Shown here: positions 1 through 9,588 of the stretch, in pieces | Numbering within the stretch: the stretch's first letter is position 1 | Layout: the number at the start of each line of letters is the position of its first letter | Assembly (NCBI GenBank): GCA_031459875.1 | Contig: JAVKHQ010000032.1 | Coordinates: forward strand, 1-29,960 | Source of the DNA: Candidatus Fervidifonticultor sextus | GTDB lineage: Bacteria > Sysuimicrobiota > Sysuimicrobiia > Sysuimicrobiales > Humicultoraceae | Direction of reading: 5' to 3' | Length of the DNA: 29,960 nt | The notes under the pieces: generated by a model | Told to the model about the DNA's origin: nothing | The model's database searches: none | What the model saw: the letters and a program-made list of their open reading frames with translations, nothing else | Program-made: the position numbers and the translations under genes

Positions 1-177
1 GAGCCGGATGAAGTCGAGGGCGATGCCGGTCGCCCGGGGGAAGGCCGCCTTGATGGTGTCGCACCACTCCACGTTGGGGCTGCACAGGACCACCACGCGG
101 CCGGGCGCCGGTCCCGCCTGGGCGGGGACGAAGCCCGCCACTGCGGCGATCAGGACTGCAATGGTGAGATACCTCAT
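1..177 (-). CDS. ABC transporter substrate-binding protein, AfuA/FbpA class (5' part; runs off window)
   Basis: Not in the ORF track. Manual translation from ATG 177 gives MRYLTIAVLIAAVAGFVPAQAGPAPGRVVVLCSPNVEWCDTIKAAFPRATGIALDFIRL, a signal peptide plus the 'F...TGI.v..' start typical of these SBPs. GGAGG SD at 186-190. Confidence 0.8.
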   Translation of the reverse strand, partial: MRYLTIAVLIAAVAGFVPAQAGPAPGRVVVLCSPNVEWCDTIKAAFPRATGIALDFIRL

Positions 178-212
178 GCCCTGCACCTCCTCGAGATGGC
201 TACCTACCTTCC

Positions 213-218
213 ATTGTA
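213..218 (-). promoter_or_regulatory. Putative -10 element (TACAAT) for the SBP gene
   Basis: TACAAT on the minus strand about 35 nt upstream of ATG 177; no convincing -35. Confidence 0.4.
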
Positions 219-262
219 CCGTCAGCCGCGCTGCCCGTGCCGGGCCCACCCGGTTGCACACC

Positions 263-1183
263 TCAGCGGGCGGCCACCGGGATCATGGGCGCGCTGGCCC
301 ACGCCTCGACCACGGGCCTCCCGTCCCAGCCCGCCGGGATCGGCAGGCCGAGGGCGTGCAGCACGGTGGGGGCCGTGTCGTAGATCACGATGGACCGCTC
401 CAGCGCCGCGCCCTTCCTGATCCCCGGGCCCAGCGCGATCCACGGGATCGTCAGCACCTCAGGGACCAAGACCCGGTGATCCCTGTCGATCCCGCCATGG
501 TCGGCCGTGATGATCACGAGGGTCTGGGCCTCGATCCCGGCGTCGCGCAGCGCCTGGCGGAAGGTGGCGACGGCGGCCACGGAGCGCCGGAGTGCCTGGA
601 GGTAGGCGAACGACATCCACCCCTCGGCGTGGCCGACGGCATCGGGCTCCGAGATGTGCGCCAGCATGATGTGGGGTCTGGCCGACCGGAGGTGAGCTGT
701 GGCGGCCTCGACGAGGTCCGCCGTCAGGCTCGCCGGACGCCAGCGGACCAGGTCCACCCTGTCTGTGACCTGCGGGTTGGCAATGGCCAGCACGTAGGGC
801 TTCTGCGTGAACAGCGCCGTGCGCAGCCCCGCCTGCTTGCCGAGGCTGAAGATCGTGGGGGCGGCCGGATAGGGCATGCCGGGGCGCCAGTCGTTCTCAC
901 GGATGCCGTGCCTGTCGGGCCCCACCCCTGAGACCATGGATATGTGCGACGGCAGCGTCACCGGCGGCCGCGTCGTCTGCGCCGTCATGCTGGAGCTGGA
1001 CTCCTCGAGCAGCGGCCCGATGCCGGCGGCGCGGAGCCCGTCGGGTCGGGCGCCGTCCAGGCTGATGAGGAGGACGTGCTGGGCGCGGGCAGCCGGACCC
1101 GGCTGGCCCACCACCGCAGGCGGCCCGACCAGGAGCGCCGAGGCGGCCAGGGTTAGCGACAGGATCAGCGCGAGCATGCTCAC
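263..1183 (-). CDS. Secreted alkaline-phosphatase-superfamily nucleotide pyrophosphatase/phosphodiesterase
   Basis: Signal peptide; motifs LISLDGARPD, PPVTLPSHISMVSG (Thr nucleophile), DAVGH, TADHGG, DTAPT. GTGA overlap with the upstream stop. Confidence 0.88.
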   Translation of the reverse strand: MSMLALILSLTLAASALLVGPPAVVGQPGPAARAQHVLLISLDGARPDGLRAAGIGPLLEESSSSMTAQTTRPPVTLPSHISMVSGVGPDRHGIRENDWRPGMPYPAAPTIFSLGKQAGLRTALFTQKPYVLAIANPQVTDRVDLVRWRPASLTADLVEAATAHLRSARPHIMLAHISEPDAVGHAEGWMSFAYLQALRRSVAAVATFRQALRDAGIEAQTLVIITADHGGIDRDHRVLVPEVLTIPWIALGPGIRKGAALERSIVIYDTAPTVLHALGLPIPAGWDGRPVVEAWASAPMIPVAAR

Positions 1184-2076
1184 CTGCCCTCACCTCCATC
1201 ATGCGGGGCCGACGCACCTTGCCGCAGTCCCGGGAGATCTCGCTGTTGCTTTGCCGATCCTCCCCGCGCCTCCTGCGCCACCAGCGGCCGCAGCGCCCGC
1301 AGCGTCTGCCGGGCCGCCTCCTCGGGGTCGGGTTTCGGCAGGATCTCCGCGGAGAGGAACCCGCCGTAGCCGATCCGCGCCAGCGCCAAGACGATCGCCC
1401 GGAAATCCAGGTGCCCGAAGCCCGGCGCCTGCCGGTTGCTGTCGGCCACGTGCACGTGCCACAGCCGCGGCCCGGCGGCGGCCAGCGCGTCTTCGATCTG
1501 CACTTCTTCGATGTTCATGTGGAAGGTGTCGGCCAGCACGCCCAGGTGCGGGGCGCGGGCGGCTTCAATGAGAGCCAGGGTCTCTTCCACGGTGAGGAGG
1601 AAGTCGGTCTCGTACCGGTTGATCGGCTCGATGACCAGCCGGACGCCCGATGCGGCCGCGGCGTCGAGGACCGGGCGGAGCCCTTCCAGAAACCTGTGCA
1701 CCGTCGCCTCCCTTCCGCCCTCGATGCGGCCGCGGACCAGGCCGATGATGACCAGGCTGCCCAGCCGTGCGGCCAGATGCACGTGCCCGGCGACCCGCTC
1801 GGCGGCCGCGCGTCGGATCGCTTCATCGGGGCTGGAGAGGCAGAGCCCGTCCCGCAGGAACGCCTGACCGGTGCCCAATGCCGGCACCGTCAGGCCGGCT
1901 TGCCGGACGACCGCCTCGATGCGTCCGGGGTCAATCCCGGCCGGGTCGCGGATGGCCAGCTCGGCCCCGTCGAATCCCAGGGCGGCCAGGCGCGCGACCG
2001 CGGACTCCCACCCGCCGCGCATCGCCACGGCATCGAAGGCGGTCTCCTCGACCGAGACGACCAGGCCGAGCCTCAC
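1180..2076 (-). CDS. iolO: 5-keto-L-gluconate epimerase-like sugar epimerase (xylose isomerase-like TIM barrel)
   Basis: Motifs EPINRYE, DTFHMNIEE, HVADSNR..PG.GHLDF; N-terminal 'AFDAVA' and 'ALGTGQAF'; adjacent to iolN. Confidence 0.8.
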   Translation of the reverse strand: MRLGLVVSVEETAFDAVAMRGGWESAVARLAALGFDGAELAIRDPAGIDPGRIEAVVRQAGLTVPALGTGQAFLRDGLCLSSPDEAIRRAAAERVAGHVHLAARLGSLVIIGLVRGRIEGGREATVHRFLEGLRPVLDAAAASGVRLVIEPINRYETDFLLTVEETLALIEAARAPHLGVLADTFHMNIEEVQIEDALAAAGPRLWHVHVADSNRQAPGFGHLDFRAIVLALARIGYGGFLSAEILPKPDPEEAARQTLRALRPLVAQEARGGSAKQQRDLPGLRQGASAPHDGGEGR

Positions 2077-3038
2077 GGCGGATAGGCCAGCGTGTAGATG
2101 CTCTTGCCACCCTTCGTCGGGCCCTTGAGGACGGCGTCCAGTTCCTCCTTCTCGCGTTCCGTGACGTACTCGATCGGCGGCAGCACCCCGGGCGGGAACG
2201 TCTTCAGGATGTCGGTCACGAGTTTCTCCAGATAGTCGAGCAGCGCCTCAACCCCGGCCGTCGCCTTCTCTGCCGCCGCCAGCGTCGGCTTGCCCACCAC
2301 GCCCTCGGGGTAGGCCCGGACCTCGATGGGCCCGGCGCCCACGTGGCCATACCAGTTGATGGGCCGGCGCAGCAGGTTGCCGGCCTTGTCCACGTGGCCC
2401 TCCGGCAGGAAGCCGAAGGGGGAGTTGTCAACCGCCCACTCCTGCTTCATCAGTTCGGGAAACAGCGCCAGGCACCACGAGGTCTCCACCTCGTCGGCGT
2501 GGATGAAGGGAGTCTCATAGGGCCCGCCCTGGGCCTTCAATGCGAAGTGGTCGGGGATCGCGTGGTACCAGTTCACGTTCACGATCAGCGCCGGGACCCG
2601 GTAGCGTTTGCCGAACTGGTGGATGGCCACCGGGATCACGTACTCGTGGCCGTGGCCGTTGAGCAGGATCTGCTTGCGGAAGCCCATGTTCCAGAACCCC
2701 GCGATCATGGCCCGCACGAAGCCGCAGAAGATGTCTTCGGGGATCACCACCGTGCCCGGCATCCCCAGGTGGTGATAGGGGTGCGACCCGAACCACAGCG
2801 GTTCGGACACCGTGCACCCGGTCCGCTCGGCCACCGCCTCGGCCATGCGCGTGACCAGGAAGATGTCCTCGCCGAGGGGCGCGTTGGCCCCGTGGGCCTC
2901 AGTGGCACCCAGGGGCACGATCAGGACGTCGTTGGTCTTCAACCGCTCCTCGATGTCGCGCATGGTCATCGTCTGCAGGTAGATGCCCGTGCGCCTGTCC
3001 ATGTGCCCGCCCGGCGGCGGGAGTTGCCACTTGCTCAT
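2073..3038 (-). CDS. iolN: 3-dehydro-scyllo-inosose hydrolase (creatininase family)
   Basis: Start at ATG 3038 (MSKWQLPPPGGHMD, ATGA overlap with the ATPase stop); motifs PLGATEAHG, NGHGH, FIHADEVETS. Confidence 0.88.
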   Translation of the reverse strand: MSKWQLPPPGGHMDRRTGIYLQTMTMRDIEERLKTNDVLIVPLGATEAHGANAPLGEDIFLVTRMAEAVAERTGCTVSEPLWFGSHPYHHLGMPGTVVIPEDIFCGFVRAMIAGFWNMGFRKQILLNGHGHEYVIPVAIHQFGKRYRVPALIVNVNWYHAIPDHFALKAQGGPYETPFIHADEVETSWCLALFPELMKQEWAVDNSPFGFLPEGHVDKAGNLLRRPINWYGHVGAGPIEVRAYPEGVVGKPTLAAAEKATAGVEALLDYLEKLVTDILKTFPPGVLPPIEYVTEREKEELDAVLKGPTKGGKSIYTLAYPP

Positions 3039-4123
3039 GAGTCGTCCTCCCTCTCCTCTCTGCCTGCGTGGTCGTACAGCACGTGCATGCGGTCTGGCGT
3101 CAACACTAGGTAGACCTCGCCCCAAAACGCCGTCTCCCCCGGGGCGGCCTGGTCCACCACCCACTCCATCCCCATGGCCTCCACCCAGTACCGGGCGAGG
3201 CCGCCGAGGAACGCGCTGCCCCGGACGGTGCCTCGGAGGTAGGGCCGTCCCCCCTCGGCCGGCGGTGCGGCCGCCAGGGTCACGGTCTCCGGTCGGACGA
3301 CCAGGGTGGCGGGACCGGGTTTCGTCGCGGCGGCGACGGGCAGGGTGAGGTCGCCCAGGCGCACGCGGCCCGGTGTCTCCACGGCCGTCCGGACGAAGTT
3401 GGCCAGCCCGACGAAATCGGCCACGAACCGGTCCGCCGGCCGGTAGTAGATCTCGCGGGGCGCGCCCACCTGCACGATCCGGCCGTGGTTCATCACCGCG
3501 ATGCGGTCGGAGATCGACAGCGCCTCCTCCTGGTCGTGGGTGACGTAGATCGTCGTCTTGCCCAGGCGCTGCTGCAGCGCGCGGATCTCCGTCCGCACGC
3601 GCACCCGCAATTTGGCGTCCAGGTTGGACAGCGGCTCGTCCAACAGGAGGACCTCGGGCTCGACCACCAGAGCGCGCGCCAGCGCCACCCGTTGCTGCTG
3701 GCCGCCCGAGAGCTGGCCGGGGAACTTGCCCTCCTGCCCGGCCAGACCCACCAGCTCCATCACCGCGGCGATCCGCCGCCGGGCCTCGGCCCGGGGAATC
3801 CCGCGCATGCGCAGCCCGTAGCCGATGTTCTCTTCCACGGTCATGTGGGGGAACAGCGCGTACTCCTGGAAGACCATGGCCATGTTGCGGCGGTGGGCCG
3901 GGATGTCGGTGACCCGGACGTCGCGGACGAAAATGTCCCCGGCATCCGGCGCGTAGAAGCCGGCGATCAGGCGCAGGGTGGTGGTCTTGCCGCAGCCCGA
4001 CGGCCCCAGCAGCGTCGTGAACTGGCCTTCGGGCACATCCAGGGAGACGTGGTCCACGGCCAGCGTCGCACCCAGACGCTTGGTCACCTCCGCCAGGCGG
4101 ACGTGCGCGACCGCCGAACTCAT
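3035..4123 (-). CDS. ABC transporter ATP-binding protein (FbpC/PotA class)
   Basis: GPSGCGKTT, LSGGQQQRVALARA, LLLDEPLSNLD, C-terminal TOBE-like region. Start ATG 4123 overlaps the permease stop. Confidence 0.93.
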   Translation of the reverse strand: MSSAVAHVRLAEVTKRLGATLAVDHVSLDVPEGQFTTLLGPSGCGKTTTLRLIAGFYAPDAGDIFVRDVRVTDIPAHRRNMAMVFQEYALFPHMTVEENIGYGLRMRGIPRAEARRRIAAVMELVGLAGQEGKFPGQLSGGQQQRVALARALVVEPEVLLLDEPLSNLDAKLRVRVRTEIRALQQRLGKTTIYVTHDQEEALSISDRIAVMNHGRIVQVGAPREIYYRPADRFVADFVGLANFVRTAVETPGRVRLGDLTLPVAAATKPGPATLVVRPETVTLAAAPPAEGGRPYLRGTVRGSAFLGGLARYWVEAMGMEWVVDQAAPGETAFWGEVYLVLTPDRMHVLYDHAGREEREDDS

Positions 4124-5808
4124 CCCATTCTCATCGGCCGGACGGCCCGGCCGGCCGCCGCCTGGGCGACCCCCACCGACACGAAGGTGAGGCCGAGCAG
4201 CATGGTGGTCAGCGCGGCGGCCGCGCCCCAGATGTTGTTGCCGATCATGTTCAGGATGGCAAACGTGGCGACCACGTTCCCCGGGGCGACCAGGAAGATG
4301 ACGATGCTGACGTTGGTGACCGCCCGGATGAACGATACGGTGAACGCGCCGACGAACGCCCGCTGCAGCAGCGGCAGGTAGATGTCCCACAGCACGCGCA
4401 GGCCGGACGCCCCCAGGTTGGTGGCGGCTTCCTCGATGGCGCGTTCGATCTGCTTGAGGGTGGCCACGGCCGCCTGGTAGCCCATGGGCAGGTGCCAGAA
4501 CGCCAGCGCCAGCGCGATGACCCACACGGTCCCCACCAGTTCCAGCGGCGGCCGGTTGAAGGCCAGCACGAACCCGACACCCACGAACACGCCCGGCAGC
4601 GCGCCCGGCAGCACCGCCAGGAAGTCGAGGACCTGGCGCAGCGGCAGGGCTCGGGAGGTCAGGAAGGCGACCACGACGCCCACGATCCCGGTAATGGCCC
4701 CGGCCAGCGCGCCGATCTTCACGCTGGCCCACAGCGTATCGAGGCGGTCGGCGGCCAGGCGGTAGTGTCCCAGCGTGGGTGTCCAGTCGCGTCCCCAGCT
4801 GGTCGTGAAGCCTCCGGCGATGACGCCGAAATAGACCAGGATCACCATGACGCTCATGGCGGCGCAGAAGGCCGCCGCCCCCCACTTGAGCGCCGGGGGC
4901 GTGGGAGGCGGCTCGATGCGCGATCCGCGGCCCGTCACCGTGGTGTAGACGCGCCGGCTCACCCAGTAGCGCTCCAGCAGGAACAGGACCGTCGTGGGGA
5001 CGATCAGCATCGAGACCACCAGCGCCGCCCCGCGGAGGTCGGCCATCCCCTCCATGCGGAACCACGCCTCGGTGGCCAGCAGCGGATAGTTGCCGGCGAT
5101 GACGACGGCGTTGCCGAAGTCGGCCAGCACCGAGATGGCCACCACCAGCGCCGCACCGGCGATGCCGGGCCGGGCCAGCGCAAACGAGATCGTCCGGACC
5201 ACGGTCAGCTCGTCGGCCCCCAGGTTCCGGGCAGCGTGCTCCAGGCTCGGGTTGATCGCCTCGAGCACGCCCATGATGATCAGCATCGCCAGCGGGAAGA
5301 AGGCGACGGTCTGCACCAGCCACAGGCCGTGCCAGCCGAAGATGTTGACGTCGGCCCCCAGCAGCGTCTTGGTGATCAGGCCCTGCCGCCCGAACATCAG
5401 GATGTAGGCGAAGGCCACCATGAAGGGCGGGGCGAACAGCGGCAGCATGGCCACGTGGCGGAAGAGCCGGCGGCCCGGGACGTCGGGGCGGGTGATCGCG
5501 AAGGCAAAGATCAGGCCGGCCAGCGTGGCCGTCAGGGTGGAGATGACCATCATGACGAGGCTGTTGCGGGCGGCCTGGATCCAGCGCAGGCTCCGGGGGA
5601 TCTCCAGGTAGTCCTGCAGTCCGGGGTAGATCAGCACCCGGACGGTCGGGTAGAGGACGAAGAGGGCCAGTACTGCCGCCGCGCCGGCAAAGGCCACGAC
5701 GACCCCGGGGTCGCCGGCGTGGCGGCGGACCTCACCCCAGCGGATGACGGCCATGGGTGAGCCGCGACGGCCGGGGATGACCGGTGCCGGCGGGACCGAC
5801 CCGGTCAC
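4120..5808 (-). CDS. ABC transporter permease, FbpB/AfuB class (two fused permease domains)
   Basis: Many TM segments and two EAA loops (LEHAARNLGA, IEEAATNLGA). Start is either GTG 5808 or ATG 5754. Confidence 0.92.
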   Translation of the reverse strand: MTGSVPPAPVIPGRRGSPMAVIRWGEVRRHAGDPGVVVAFAGAAAVLALFVLYPTVRVLIYPGLQDYLEIPRSLRWIQAARNSLVMMVISTLTATLAGLIFAFAITRPDVPGRRLFRHVAMLPLFAPPFMVAFAYILMFGRQGLITKTLLGADVNIFGWHGLWLVQTVAFFPLAMLIIMGVLEAINPSLEHAARNLGADELTVVRTISFALARPGIAGAALVVAISVLADFGNAVVIAGNYPLLATEAWFRMEGMADLRGAALVVSMLIVPTTVLFLLERYWVSRRVYTTVTGRGSRIEPPPTPPALKWGAAAFCAAMSVMVILVYFGVIAGGFTTSWGRDWTPTLGHYRLAADRLDTLWASVKIGALAGAITGIVGVVVAFLTSRALPLRQVLDFLAVLPGALPGVFVGVGFVLAFNRPPLELVGTVWVIALALAFWHLPMGYQAAVATLKQIERAIEEAATNLGASGLRVLWDIYLPLLQRAFVGAFTVSFIRAVTNVSIVIFLVAPGNVVATFAILNMIGNNIWGAAAALTTMLLGLTFVSVGVAQAAAGRAVRPMRMG

Positions 5809-5814
5809 CCCCGG
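5771..5814 (-). other. Stem-loop downstream of the SBP gene
   Basis: CCGGGGGTGACCGG...CCGGTCATCCCCGG forms a 14-bp stem with one G-U pair on the minus-strand RNA and covers GTG 5808. Confidence 0.5.
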
Positions 5815-5841
5815 ACCGCACCTGTGTCCTCCCCTGTCCTG

Positions 5842-6861
5842 CTACCGGCCGATCTCCCGCTGCCACCGCTCCAGGAGCCGCGCCCGGTTCTCCGCCGCCC
5901 AGGTCAGGTCGTACCTGACGAACTTGAGCTGCTCGAAGGGTGTGGCCCCGGTCGGTACCGGGACGTCTCCCCGCACGGGGTAGCGGAAGCCGTAGGCGGC
6001 GTTGACCACCTGGGGCACCCGGCTCATGAGGAAGTCCACATAGGCCTTGGCGCCCTCGGGGTTCGGGCCGCCCTTGATGATCGAGACCGCGCCGATCTCG
6101 AAGGCGGTGTCGGGCGGGACGATGGTCTCCAGAGGCTGCTGGGCCGCCAGGCGCGCGCCGATGCCCTCGTGGGCCCACATCATGCCCACGATGCCCTCGC
6201 CGCGGGCCAGCAGGGTGATCGTGCCCGGCGCGGTGGGCGTATACTGCGAGGCGTTGGCGTTGAGCGCCCTCATGAAGGCCCACGCGCGGTCCTCTCCCAG
6301 CCGGAAGATCTGGGCCGCGAGGAAGATGAAGCCGCCGCCGGTCGTGACCGGGCTCGGCATGATGAAGTGCCCGCGGAACTCGGGCCGCGCCAGATCGTCC
6401 CAGGTGGCCGGCTTCGGCACCCGGCGCGGCGCCATCTCGCGGTCCCACCGGTCGGTGTTGATGATGATGGCCAGCGCCCCGAGATACCACCCATGCCAGT
6501 ACCCGTCGGGATCGCGGTAGGTGGGGCTGATCCGGGCCTCCACCGCCGCCGGCGACTTGTAGGGCAGCAGCAGGCCCTCGCGCGCCAGCGGGATGTGGAT
6601 CACCCGATCGCCCCCGACGAAGATGTCCGCGCGCGGCCGGTCCTTCTCCGCCCGGATGCGCGCCGCCAGGGTGCCGGCGGCCGCCACACTCAGGGCCTCG
6701 ACGGGAATGCCGGTCCGCCGCGTGAACTCGCGGTTGACGAGGGTCGTCTCGAGGTCGGGCAGGGCCGAGTAGACGACCACCCTCGACACCTGCGCCTGGG
6801 TGGCGCCGGCACCCGTCAGCACCAGCGCCGCCAACAGCAGGATGCTCACCACGCGCTTCAT
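5842..6861 (-). CDS. ABC transporter substrate-binding protein, AfuA/FbpA class
   Basis: ATG 6861 (MKRVVSILL... signal peptide); motifs IRAEKDRPRADIFVGG, PATWDDL, GGPNPEGAKAYVDF. Confidence 0.92.
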   Translation of the reverse strand: MKRVVSILLLAALVLTGAGATQAQVSRVVVYSALPDLETTLVNREFTRRTGIPVEALSVAAAGTLAARIRAEKDRPRADIFVGGDRVIHIPLAREGLLLPYKSPAAVEARISPTYRDPDGYWHGWYLGALAIIINTDRWDREMAPRRVPKPATWDDLARPEFRGHFIMPSPVTTGGGFIFLAAQIFRLGEDRAWAFMRALNANASQYTPTAPGTITLLARGEGIVGMMWAHEGIGARLAAQQPLETIVPPDTAFEIGAVSIIKGGPNPEGAKAYVDFLMSRVPQVVNAAYGFRYPVRGDVPVPTGATPFEQLKFVRYDLTWAAENRARLLERWQREIGR

Positions 6862-6911
6862 GTGCTTCCCCCCCTTATGGGTGATGTGCTCAGGGTCCTC
6901 GCCGCCGATCC

Positions 6912-7751
6912 TCATGAACTCGTGCGTGCGGCAGACAGGATGAACCGCTCGATCACCTCCCGCAGGCCGTGGTCGTTGTTGCTCGGTGCGACAGCGTCGG
7001 CGCGCGAGCGCAGGGCGTCCGGAGCGTTGGCCATCGCCACGCCGACACCCGCATACTCGATCATCTCCAGATCGTTGAGGTTGTCGCCGACCGCGATGAT
7101 CGCCTCGCGGGGAATCCCCAGGCGCTCGGCGAGGGCGCGCAGGGCAAAGCCCTTGTTGACCCCGGGCGGGAGGATCTCCAGGTAGTTGACCTCGGAAAAC
7201 ACGTGGTTGACCCGGTACGGCAGGGCCTCGATGTCGCAAGCCAGGGCCTGGAGGGCCGGCCGTTCCCCGATGTTCAAGATCTTCATGGGCACCCGGGCCG
7301 GATCGGCCTCCAGCCAGTCGGCCAGGTCCCCCACCGCTTCGGCCTGAAGGCTGTCCTTGCGCTGGTAGAGGCGTGTGGCGTCCGTCATCGCCGGGACGTA
7401 GACGCGGTCGTCCACGTACAGGTGCGGCTGGACCTGGGGGTGGCGCCGGAGGATGCGCAGCACGTCCAGGGCGTGTTGGACCGGCAGGGGATACCGCAGC
7501 CACACCTCATCGCGGGTGAAGTCGTAGACCATCCCCCCGTTGTAGAGGATGGCCGGCGGATCGGCGCCGAGGGCCTCCACGAACCGGCGCGCCGACGGCC
7601 AGATCCGGCCGGTCGCCAGGCACACGCGCACGCCCAGAGCCTGCGCGGCCCGCACCGCCGCGTGCACCGGGGGAGTGATCTCGCGGCTGGCGTTGACCAG
7701 CGTCCCGTCGATGTCGGCCACCACGAGGCGGTAGCGCACCGGATGGCTCAC
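6912..7751 (-). CDS. Cof-type HAD-IIB phosphatase
   Basis: Motifs DIDGTL, ATGR, NKG, GDNLND. Confidence 0.93.
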   Translation of the reverse strand: MSHPVRYRLVVADIDGTLVNASREITPPVHAAVRAAQALGVRVCLATGRIWPSARRFVEALGADPPAILYNGGMVYDFTRDEVWLRYPLPVQHALDVLRILRRHPQVQPHLYVDDRVYVPAMTDATRLYQRKDSLQAEAVGDLADWLEADPARVPMKILNIGERPALQALACDIEALPYRVNHVFSEVNYLEILPPGVNKGFALRALAERLGIPREAIIAVGDNLNDLEMIEYAGVGVAMANAPDALRSRADAVAPSNNDHGLREVIERFILSAARTSS

Positions 7752-8734
7752 CCCTCCAGCGGCAGCGTCACGGCCCGGCCGGTCCGCGCCGCCCGGTAGA
7801 CGGCCTCGACCAGTTCGGTGGCCCGGTACCCGTCGTCGGCGCCCACCGCCGGCGGTCGGTCGCCCAGGACCGCGTCAATGAACAGCCGGTCTTCCTCGAC
7901 ATACCCCCACTTCTGCTCGAAGGGCATCTGGAAGCAGTCGATGGCCTCCACCTGGTCGCGCATGCCCGGGGAAAACCAGGCGCGTTCCAGTTCCTCGGTG
8001 ACCACGGTGCAGTGGTCGCCGTAGACCTCCACGCGCTCGTAGGGAAACAGCCAGGACGTGTGGGCGACGCTGGTCACCGAAGCGACCACCCCGCTGGTGA
8101 AGGTGAACAGCATCACGAACCCGTCGAGTTCGCGGTAGACGCTCTGGCGCGCCGCCCCCTGCACCTGGGCGACCTCCCCAAACAGGTGGCGGGCCATGTC
8201 GAACAGGTGCACCGGCGTCTCGTACAGGTAGCCGCCGGTGACCGCGGGGTCCCCCGTCCACGGCGGCTGGACCAGTTCGCCCCGGTTGTGCTTCAGCTGC
8301 GCCAGGCGCGGCGTGATCCGGCCGTCGGCGATGCGCTGCTTGGCGAAGCGGTAGACGTGGGCAAACCGACGGTTGAAACCGATCTGGTAGATGCCCTTCG
8401 CCGCCCCGGCCGCCTCGCGGATCCTGCGGGCGTCTTCCAGCGACGTCGCCATCGGCTTCTCCGAAAAGACGTGCAGCCCGGCCCCCAGGGCGGCCAGGAC
8501 CGGTGCCACGTGCATCGAGTTTGGGGTACAGACGAAGACCGCCTGCGCCCCGGCATCGATCAGCGCCGGCAGACCGTCGTAGGCCCGGGTGCCGACCTCG
8601 GACGCCAGGCGGGACGCGACCTCCGGCACCACGTCCGCCACCCCCACCAGCTCCACGCGGGGATCCCGCTTCAGGTTCAACGCGTGGATCCGCCCGATGA
8701 ATCCCGCGCCCAGCACACCCACCTTCACCGCCAT
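7748..8734 (-). CDS. Gfo/Idh/MocA-family oxidoreductase (probable inositol dehydrogenase)
   Basis: GVLGAGFIG Rossmann motif, EKPMA, GFNRRF. ATG 8734 preferred (GGGGAG upstream). Substrate inferred from context. Confidence 0.88.
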   Translation of the reverse strand: MAVKVGVLGAGFIGRIHALNLKRDPRVELVGVADVVPEVASRLASEVGTRAYDGLPALIDAGAQAVFVCTPNSMHVAPVLAALGAGLHVFSEKPMATSLEDARRIREAAGAAKGIYQIGFNRRFAHVYRFAKQRIADGRITPRLAQLKHNRGELVQPPWTGDPAVTGGYLYETPVHLFDMARHLFGEVAQVQGAARQSVYRELDGFVMLFTFTSGVVASVTSVAHTSWLFPYERVEVYGDHCTVVTEELERAWFSPGMRDQVEAIDCFQMPFEQKWGYVEEDRLFIDAVLGDRPPAVGADDGYRATELVEAVYRAARTGRAVTLPLEG

Positions 8735-8753
8735 GTGCACGCTCCCCGTCCGC

Positions 8754-9584
8754 TCACCCAAACAGCCGGCGCAGGCTGTCCAGCCCCCGCCGGGCCACCT
8801 CGGCCGGGTCCTGCGCCCAGTACTCCGGCCTGAACAGTTCCAGCGAATAGGCGCCGCGATACCCCAACTGCTCCAGACGGGCCACCAGCGCCTTCAACGG
8901 GATGACCCCCTCGCCCGGAAGCAGGCGCTGGGCGTCGGTGAGGCTGGCCGGCTCGCCGGGCTCGGCGTCGTCCAGGTGCACGATGAAGAGACGCGAGGCG
9001 TCCAGCCCGTCCAGGTCCTCCGGCTGAGAGCCGCCGACGTAGAAGTGGAAGGCGTCGATGACCAGCCCCACGGCGGGGTCGCCGACCTCCTCCACAATCC
9101 TGCGGGCGGCGCGCACCGTGTTCACCGAGCAGGTGGAGAACCCGAGGAACTCGAACCCGAGCCGCACGCCTGCGTCGGCGGCGACCCTCCCCAGGCGCCG
9201 CAGCGCCTCCACCGTCCGGGCCCTGACCTCGCCCTCCGCCACCCCCCCGGGGGGGAGGACACTCGGGACGGCGACCACATAGGGACAGTCCAGCGCCCTG
9301 GCCCACTCGCACAGCGTGCGGCAGCGAGCCAGGACCGGCACGAAGGCCTCGCCGGTCCGCAGGGTCGAGTCTTCCAGGGCGTTGACGCTCAAGACGCCGA
9401 CCCCGGCGCTGCGCAGCAGGCCGCGCAGGGCGCCCAGCGTCCCGCCGGCAGCCAGGTAGCGCTCGATCTTGGCGTCCCGCACCTCGACGACCTGGTACCC
9501 GGCGGCGGCCGCCACCCGAATGTCGGTGGCCAGGTCCGCGCGGTCCCCGGTCGTCGCCCCGTTGAGGCCGAAGGTTCGCTCCAT
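8754..9584 (-). CDS. Sugar phosphate isomerase/epimerase, IolI (inosose isomerase)-like
   Basis: Motifs SVNALE, FEFLGF, DAFHF, VHLDD, RLLPGEG, SLELFRPEYW. Confidence 0.85.
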   Translation of the reverse strand: MERTFGLNGATTGDRADLATDIRVAAAAGYQVVEVRDAKIERYLAAGGTLGALRGLLRSAGVGVLSVNALEDSTLRTGEAFVPVLARCRTLCEWARALDCPYVVAVPSVLPPGGVAEGEVRARTVEALRRLGRVAADAGVRLGFEFLGFSTCSVNTVRAARRIVEEVGDPAVGLVIDAFHFYVGGSQPEDLDGLDASRLFIVHLDDAEPGEPASLTDAQRLLPGEGVIPLKALVARLEQLGYRGAYSLELFRPEYWAQDPAEVARRGLDSLRRLFG

Positions 9585-9588
9585 GCCC

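Noticed and set aside
1180..1270. C-terminal tail of IolO as a possible inserted element
   Set aside because: No repeats or termini; likely stop-codon drift up to the coupled next gene.
4124..5323. N-terminal extensions in the ORF track for the ATPase, SBPs, iolM, coxL and coxE
   Set aside because: They overlap upstream genes in another frame and are low-complexity, unlike the CoxM extension, which occupies otherwise empty sequence and encodes a recognisable domain.
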